NCBI RefSeq assembly: GCF_001194135.2
Contig: NC_068986.1
Location: forward strand, 38,923,439-38,978,739
DNA: 55,301 nucleotides
Origin: Octopus bimaculoides
Taxonomy: Eukaryota
Direction of reading: 5' to 3'
Every line of letters starts with the position of its first letter. Position 1 is the first letter of the stretch. The notes beneath the pieces are model-generated. The model ran no database searches. It saw only the letters and a program-made list of their open reading frames with translations, and was not told the DNA's origin. Positions 48,762 to 55,301 of this stretch are shown here, piece by piece. Both the position numbers and the translations under genes were made by a program.

Positions 48762-49905
48762 TTAACACTGTCATTTCTCATAATTACAAGTGTAATTTAA
48801 ATTTTCATTTGTTCAGACTTTCATTGTTAGCTTCAACTTAATATATTTCTTCATGCAGAAGGCATCTCTGGGAAATGAACTCATCACTCCAATGGGAGTT
48901 GGTAATTTAGACGATATTCATCTAGTAGACAGCTATAAATTTACTTAGCTTTTAAAAATAATGTTGTTAGAAGTAGTGCTCCAGCGTAGCCTCAGCCTCT
49001 GGCAAAAAAAACAAAACAGTATAAGATAAAAAATAGCATATTCTAGATAATCTTTTGCTATTAATAGTCTTATAACTTAATCACACTCCATGGTAAGTCA
49101 TATTAGAATTAGTGAATGTTTTCACTTAAAGTATTTATCCTCTCAGCCGTTCTAAGACCTAATAAGTACAAGTAAAATTACACTCCCCTGAAGAGGACTA
49201 ATAAAACTGAAACATGTCTAGGGTTGTCACTTTGCTTGACAATGGTCAAACTCACTGTTTACTGCAGAGGTCTACTCAGTATTTATCCATTTGAATTTTG
49301 CAGCTGTCTCCCATGCCTGTCTTCACAAAAAAACAGTAACATTATATACTTTTTACATTACACATGTAATTTTAATTACGAAACTTTTTTTGTAACTCAC
49401 CACATGATGTATATTAACCTTCCTTACTTCACATGTTCGTCATGCAGAAGACATCCCAGAAAATGTTTTCATGTCATTAATTACTAACCTTACATCCTGT
49501 ATATTTTCATGAGTGACATACAAATGATGGACTAGGTATTTATTTTGTATAGAGGCACTAGTATGTGTTAAACATATTGCATGACAGTGAAATATAAGTA
49601 TGAAGTTTTACAAAGAGAAGAAATGAATGTGTATTACATGTATGATAAAACTATATATAAATTTAGATGTGGAAAGATTTCAGTCATATGTTAAAACCCT
49701 CTGATGAGAACTGGGTTGAGGAAGTATGAGTCGGTTTTAATTAGAACCAAACTAAGATGAACAAATTAGATGATCGAACAATTAGAGAGATAAATACAGA
49801 AATGATAGAATGACAAAATGATACAAAATCATTTGGTATAAGGAATGTTCCTGTTGTACAAATCTTAAGACTTGTGATGTATAGAAGCAAAGCAAGATAT
49901 CATTT

Positions 49906-49961
49906 ACTTGAAGATATTTTCTACAACTAATTTTGGGATATATTTTATAAGCTTTGTTTAA
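49906..49961 (+). repeat. 56-bp sequence repeated identically at 51805-51860
   Basis: acttgaagatattttctacaactaattttgggatatattttataagctttgtttaa at both sites; flanks unrelated. Confidence 0.95.
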
Positions 49962-51058
49962 TGAACAGGAACAACATAGAGAATGCACTTTAGTGATGGC
50001 AAACTTTCCAGTGCTGGTGCCCAAGAAAATGCACCTAGTATATTTTATGAGAGGTTGATATCAGGAAGGATATTCTGTTGCATAAACCAGACCAAACAGG
50101 AAATGTATCAGTGAAACAGTCTTCTGACTCATCTAACTTGTATTGTGATACCAAATCCAACCCATACCAACATGGAAAGAGGATGTAAATGATAACATAG
50201 GACATATTTTTTTTATCATCTGCAAAATTCCATTCATAATCATTGGTCAGACACTTGCTTAAAATGTTGCACAGTGGCACTGAATCCAGAATAGTTCTTA
50301 ACCATACAACTGTATTATCAACAATTATGAAACATTAACTAACTACATCAGATGTATCAATTAATGAAAAGATGGAAAGAGGGGGAAAAAATGTTCTGAT
50401 GATGGAACTTGAAGTAAATTTATAAATAATAATGTGTAGAATATTGGATTAAAAAACAAAAAACCCTTGGGTGGAAAAAGTTAAAAAAATGAAAAGCTGC
50501 CAGACTTCAAAGTTTCTGCATTTTTATGATGTTAAAAAAAAGAAATAAATAACTTTTAATCTGAAAAATTATAATTTAATGAAGAAAAAGTTTAATCAAT
50601 CTTGAAAAGAATTTCCTTTGATTTTTAAAGCTGCAAAGTAAAACATTTACAATAGTAAATATCACCTGTAAGTAAAAAGAATAGGTTTAACCAAGCTAGA
50701 AAGGATCCAACTAGATCATCTCTATATGGTCAGTTTACCTGCAAGAAATAACAGCCAAATATTTCCTTCAATTATAACCCATCTTAAAAAAGAAGGAAAA
50801 AGAAAAAATGGCATTAAATAATATAGATAACTGCCTGAAAAAATGGAAAACATATACATAAGATGATCTTGGTTTTGATTATATATCTGCTCAATCAGGA
50901 TTGATTTGAGGCTACACAACAACTGGTCATAAATTTGAATCTAGCAACATAAATGACTTTGGATAAAAATCCCATTACAAGTCTCAGTCTGCCTACCTAA
51001 ACTAATATATTATCACTTGAAGATTAATGGTTTAGAACTTAGGACTTCCACTAGTCTA

Positions 51059-51096
<38 letters not shown>

Positions 51097-51109
51097 TTTA
51101 GCATTAGGC

Positions 51110-51455
51110 ATAGGAGTGGATGTGTGGTAAGTAGCTTGCTTACCAACCACATGGTTCCAGGTTCAGTCCCACTGCGTGGCATCTTGGATTTGATAGACGG
51201 AAACTGAAAGAAGCCCGTCGTATATATGCATATATATATATGTATATATGTGTGTGTTTGTCCCCCTAGCATTGCTTGACAACCGATGCTGGTGTGTTTA
51301 TGTCCCCATCACTTAGCAGTTTGGCAAAAGAGACCGATAGAATAAGTACTGGGCTTATAAAGAATAAGGCCCGGGGTCAATTTGCTTGACTAAAGGCGGT
51401 GCTCCAGCATGGCCGCAGTCAAATGACTGAAACAAGTAAAAGAGTAAAGAGTAAT
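51110..51455 (+). mobile_element. Young, near-complete SINE family A copy preceded by an A-run (51060-51093)
   Basis: ggagtggatgtgtggtaag A-box-like, ggttcagtccc B-box-like, core, TA tract and tail gactgaaacaagtaaaagagtaaagagta; CpGs retained. Confidence 0.9.
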
Positions 51456-52914
51456 TAGCCACTCCAATTAATTACACTGAATGGAATGTTCACACAATAA
51501 CTAAATATCTAAAACAAAAAATTCTTTCACAAAGTATTTAATATATTGTGATATATCATTTCTAATATAAAAGCGATGAGTTGGCAGAATTGTTAGCATA
51601 CTGAACAAAATACTTGGCATTTCTTCTAGTGTCACATTCTGAGTTCAGTCGACTGCCTTTCATCAATGTGACTGACTTGATTTCTCCCCTAAAAATTGCC
51701 GGCTTTGTGTCAAAATTAGAGAGAATATTATTTCTAATATAAAAAAAAGCCAAATGAATTATATTTAGTTTTAACATAAAGTTGAAAAGTTTGTATTTTA
51801 ATAAACTTGAAGATATTTTCTACAACTAATTTTGGGATATATTTTATAAGCTTTGTTTAAGTTCATATAAACACCATTGTTTTATAATTAAAATTTGCAT
51901 CACATACCATTTTTTTTTTTTTTATCAATTAGCAAGAAGTTCTTTCAAAGTTAGTTACTATTTTGTTTTTAGAATTTATCTTGAGCAGGAATCCACTGTG
52001 AAAGAATTTTTGCTCAAAATTTTTGAAGTCAGACAGAAAATTCTCTAGCAATAATGTATGTCCAGGAAACAATATATATTTTGGGTATAATTTTTACCCT
52101 ATAAACTAAAATATATCAGCACAAGCTAACAAAGGAATCATTCCATTTACTAAAAACAGCAACCAAATTTCATTCAAGTAACACCCAGCCCTTTTAGAAA
52201 AAAAATGTAGTTCTTGCTTTACAAAAAGTGAAACAACCACAATAGGAACATCTATCTATGATCATAGTTTTGAATTGAGCAACATATATTAATATTAAAT
52301 TCTATTCTTAGACATTTTACCCAGTGCTGAAATAGATACTAGTAAGACAATGACTGGATGATAACAAAACAGGTTATGACAAGTTGTTCTAAAGTCCATA
52401 GGTTGAAACTGTCTCTTGAAGAAATGGTACTACAGAAATAGGTACAAATTATATTAAGCCACAGAGATTTATGCAGAGTCAAGGAGTCACCAACTGATCA
52501 AAATACACCAAAGCCGAAATAGTGTAGTGAGTAGACAATAAGACTTTATTTGATATATCTGATTTAGCAATTACTTTCTAAACATGTATGTCAATCTTTT
52601 ACTTTTTAAACATTAGGTCTCAAGCTAATATAAGACATCCTTGTTAACAAGTGGTAGTTGATAGAGAATCAGCTGAATGGTTTATCAAAAGTTTAATCCA
52701 ATAATCATACCTAAACAGATTTATGTTCAATAAAAGGAGTTTGAGTTAACTAACTGTAGCATCTTCCCTTAGGTAAATAAAAGTACCCTACTTATAGGAC
52801 AGTATTCATACATGCAAACATGTAGCAGTACCTTAGGGGAGTAATTTTGCCAATAAGAAACACACACACTAGTTCTATTTTACTTCTTTTTATTAATTAC
52901 TAATCAACCATGAA

Positions 52915-53310
52915 GGCAGTGAGCTGACAGAATTGTTATCAGGTCAGACAAAATGCTTAGTATTTCATCCATCTTTATGTTCTGAGTTCAAATTCTGCTA
53001 AGGTCAACTTTGCCTTTCGTCCTTTCAGGGTTGATGAAATAAGTCCCAAATGAGCACTGGGGTCAATGTAATTGACTTACCTTTCTAACAAAAGCGCTGG
53101 TCATGCCAAAAATTCAAAAGAGTTGTTACTAATCAACTATAAAAGTAGCATACTGATAGAATTGTTAAAAATTTGTTTCATTGTGCAGTATTTGTTCTGG
53201 CTCTTCTTTGCCTTTCATCCTTTTGCAGTTGACAAAGTACAGTACTAATGAAATCCTAAGGATCAATGGTATTGACTAACCGCCCCTCAATCTTGCGCCT
53301 AAATCAGAAT
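52915..53310 (+). mobile_element. Two tandem SINE family B copies
   Basis: gagctgacagaattgtta..gagttcaaattc..tttgcctttcgtcctttcaggg core, followed by a second more decayed unit. Confidence 0.75.
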
Positions 53311-53866
53311 CAATTGTTAGTTAACTGGCTGCTTGAGTAATTGTTTGCTCAATCAATCAGTTGGTTTGTCAGAGACCTTTCATCAACATGTGATCTCTCA
53401 ATGAGTAGAGCTTGTAACTCCAAGTCAGTCTCATGTCTGCTTTTATTAGCATACTTACACTAGTGTGTGTGATGGATATGTTTTACTTATATGTTTGGTA
53501 TCTTTGTGAGCAAGTTATGTATATATGCTGAAGAGGAATTCAGCTTTTTTCTTTTTTGTCGTTGACAGGTCATATTTTATTTTATAACTGTGTATGCCTT
53601 GAATTAGCTTTGATATCTCAAGAAAATGAACACCAATGCACAAATGTACTTATTCTCATATGTATACATCCACATATGTAAAGTCATTTACATACACGTA
53701 TTTAAAGACATTCATTCACATGCAGACAGTATTTGACTACATAGAAGACACTTGTTAATATATATAGTGGTGCCAGAGAACACACATCCAGGGTTAGATG
53801 GAAGTGTTTGTGTGTGTCATTGCTAATTCTTCATTACCTTATGTTTACAAATCCAGTTTCATTTAA

Positions 53867-53910
<44 letters not shown>

Positions 53911-54019
53911 NNNNNNNNNNNNNNNNNNNNNNNNNNNNNNNNNNNNNNNNNNNNNNNNNNNNNNNNNNNNNNNNNNNNNNNNNNNNNNNNNNNNNNNNNN
54001 NNNNNNNNNNNNNNNNNNN
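53911..54019. other. Assembly gap
   Basis: N run after (TA)n. Confidence 1.
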
Positions 54020-54227
54020 TGTTCACAACAGCCAAAGATGGAACTGAGTACACTCAACTTTTGATATAATAAAATATCTATTCACTCTACTCAACCCACT
54101 AGGTTCAATATCAGACATTTGCACTTTGTAAAGTATATTTTAGATACAAATTTATATATATATAATTGACAAAAGAATTTCAAAACTTGAGAGAATATAA
54201 AACAGGCTTTTTCTTCTTTTTGAACAG

Positions 54228-54573
54228 TGGATCTTGAAGCACGTGTAAAAGCTATTATAAAAGACAACATGCAGATATTGGGTTGAAAAACCCTTTTGGA
54301 TAGAAAAAGTTCGACTTTTTTGTAGCCATAAGTTATTTGCAAAAGATATTTATAGGTTTGTATGCTTTGAAATTCAGTAGTCCTTTTATATATATATCTA
54401 TATATATATATATCTATAATGTAGTTTTTTTTTTTTTAGTTGTAGGAATAAACATGTAAATTGTTTTAATATTTTTTTTAAGCAACATAATTTTGTAGAT
54501 ATATAAAGCCAACGTAAGGAAAGAATTTTGCACTTGAGCCTCTACTGAAAAGCTAGAATCAAAACATGCACAG
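54228..54573 (+). other. Two candidate exons (54228-54355 and 54499-54573) with canonical splice sites but stops in all frames
   Basis: ctttttcttctttttgaacag| acceptor, TAG|GTTTGT donor, ttttgtag| acceptor and CAG|GTAAAA donor. No product identified. Confidence 0.3.
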
Positions 54574-55301
54574 GTAAAAATGCAGGCCAAAGACTGAAGA
54601 CAAGTTTCTGTAAAGTCAGCTTGTTAATTTCTCAGGTTAGTTTTGTGAAGAGCTGCTTTCAGAAAATTATTTTAATTAACTATACTTTCATGTTCAAAAA
54701 GAATGTTTTTCTCGATAGATCTGATGAACTGAAAGAAATACACATTTTAAATCTAGTATTTACATATATGAATATCAGGGGTGGTAGGAAGTTAGTGACA
54801 AGCAGTATTACTGACCTAGATTCTTATGCTTTGTGGCTGTAACCTTGCAATGGAATGGACTCTGAAGATTGTCTTTTAAGTTAGCCTTGACCAAGAAGAC
54901 CTATAAATAAAGGGATTCCAGCTATCATCATTTGGTCTTCAAGATATGGTTTATCCAAGACAACATCTTTGACAGCCCCATTTTCTATTTTTATGACAGT
55001 GGTGTTTGATTTGAAGGACATTTGCTATTTTTAATAAGTCAAGCAAACACATAAGCTGAACACAATGTCTCCTCCATTCATGACTCAATGATAGCAAATG
55101 TTACGAGGATACTTTAGTTTACACAGACACAAACTATAGTATAAATAACACTTCTGATCCATCCATGTCTCCTCATATTGTCTTCCACCTAACCCTGTAC
55201 TAACCACTTTTTTCAACTTTCCTCAAGAACATCAGCTTTTTTGAACTCCACCCCACTTCTGTTTGAAATGTACAAATGTACTTATTCCCTTTGATCAAAC
55301 C

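Noticed and set aside
51110-51190. tRNA genes at SINE heads (also 10760, 12915, 31280, 52915)
   Set aside because: A/B-box-like motifs are present, but I could not build a cloverleaf and each continues into a SINE body.
54499-54573. In-frame TGA as selenocysteine (FCTU)
   Set aside because: The context does not match selenoprotein motifs I know (e.g. SELENOF CGU, CxxU), the upstream exon is not open in the joining frame, and no SECIS was identified.

Overview
AT-rich, repeat-dense animal genomic DNA from a gapped short-read-style assembly (N gaps at 27935-28837, 38764-38773, 40900-40909, 42255-42264, 53911-54019). The SINE/LINE families and microsatellite load look like an octopod cephalopod; this is an inference from repeat recognition, not a database match. 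Two host genes are recognisable. The first is coding exon 1 of OTUD5/DUBA (minus strand, 2829-2353; the rest of the gene is not found and probably runs off the left edge). The second is a complete intronless COA4 (CHCHD8) ORF (plus strand, 18006-18230). Each lies in a CpG-retaining region with housekeeping promoter motifs. Most of the rest is decayed mobile DNA: three mariner relics, a long, heavily decayed piggyBac transposase, RTE and CR1 LINE relics, an RLE-type LINE fragment, two tRNA-headed SINE families and several MITEs. The most interesting structure is retroelement modularity. One young RTE 3' tail, usually ending against a (TA)n tract, is fused to different 5' partners: a CR1 LINE body and two SINE configurations. 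There are also three short local templated duplications 1.7-3.2 kb from their partners, one pair flanking COA4, and a near-perfect ~86-nt hairpin upstream of OTUD5. No CRISPR array, rRNA or bona fide tRNA gene was seen. I cannot demonstrate a new protein-coding system from the sequence alone.
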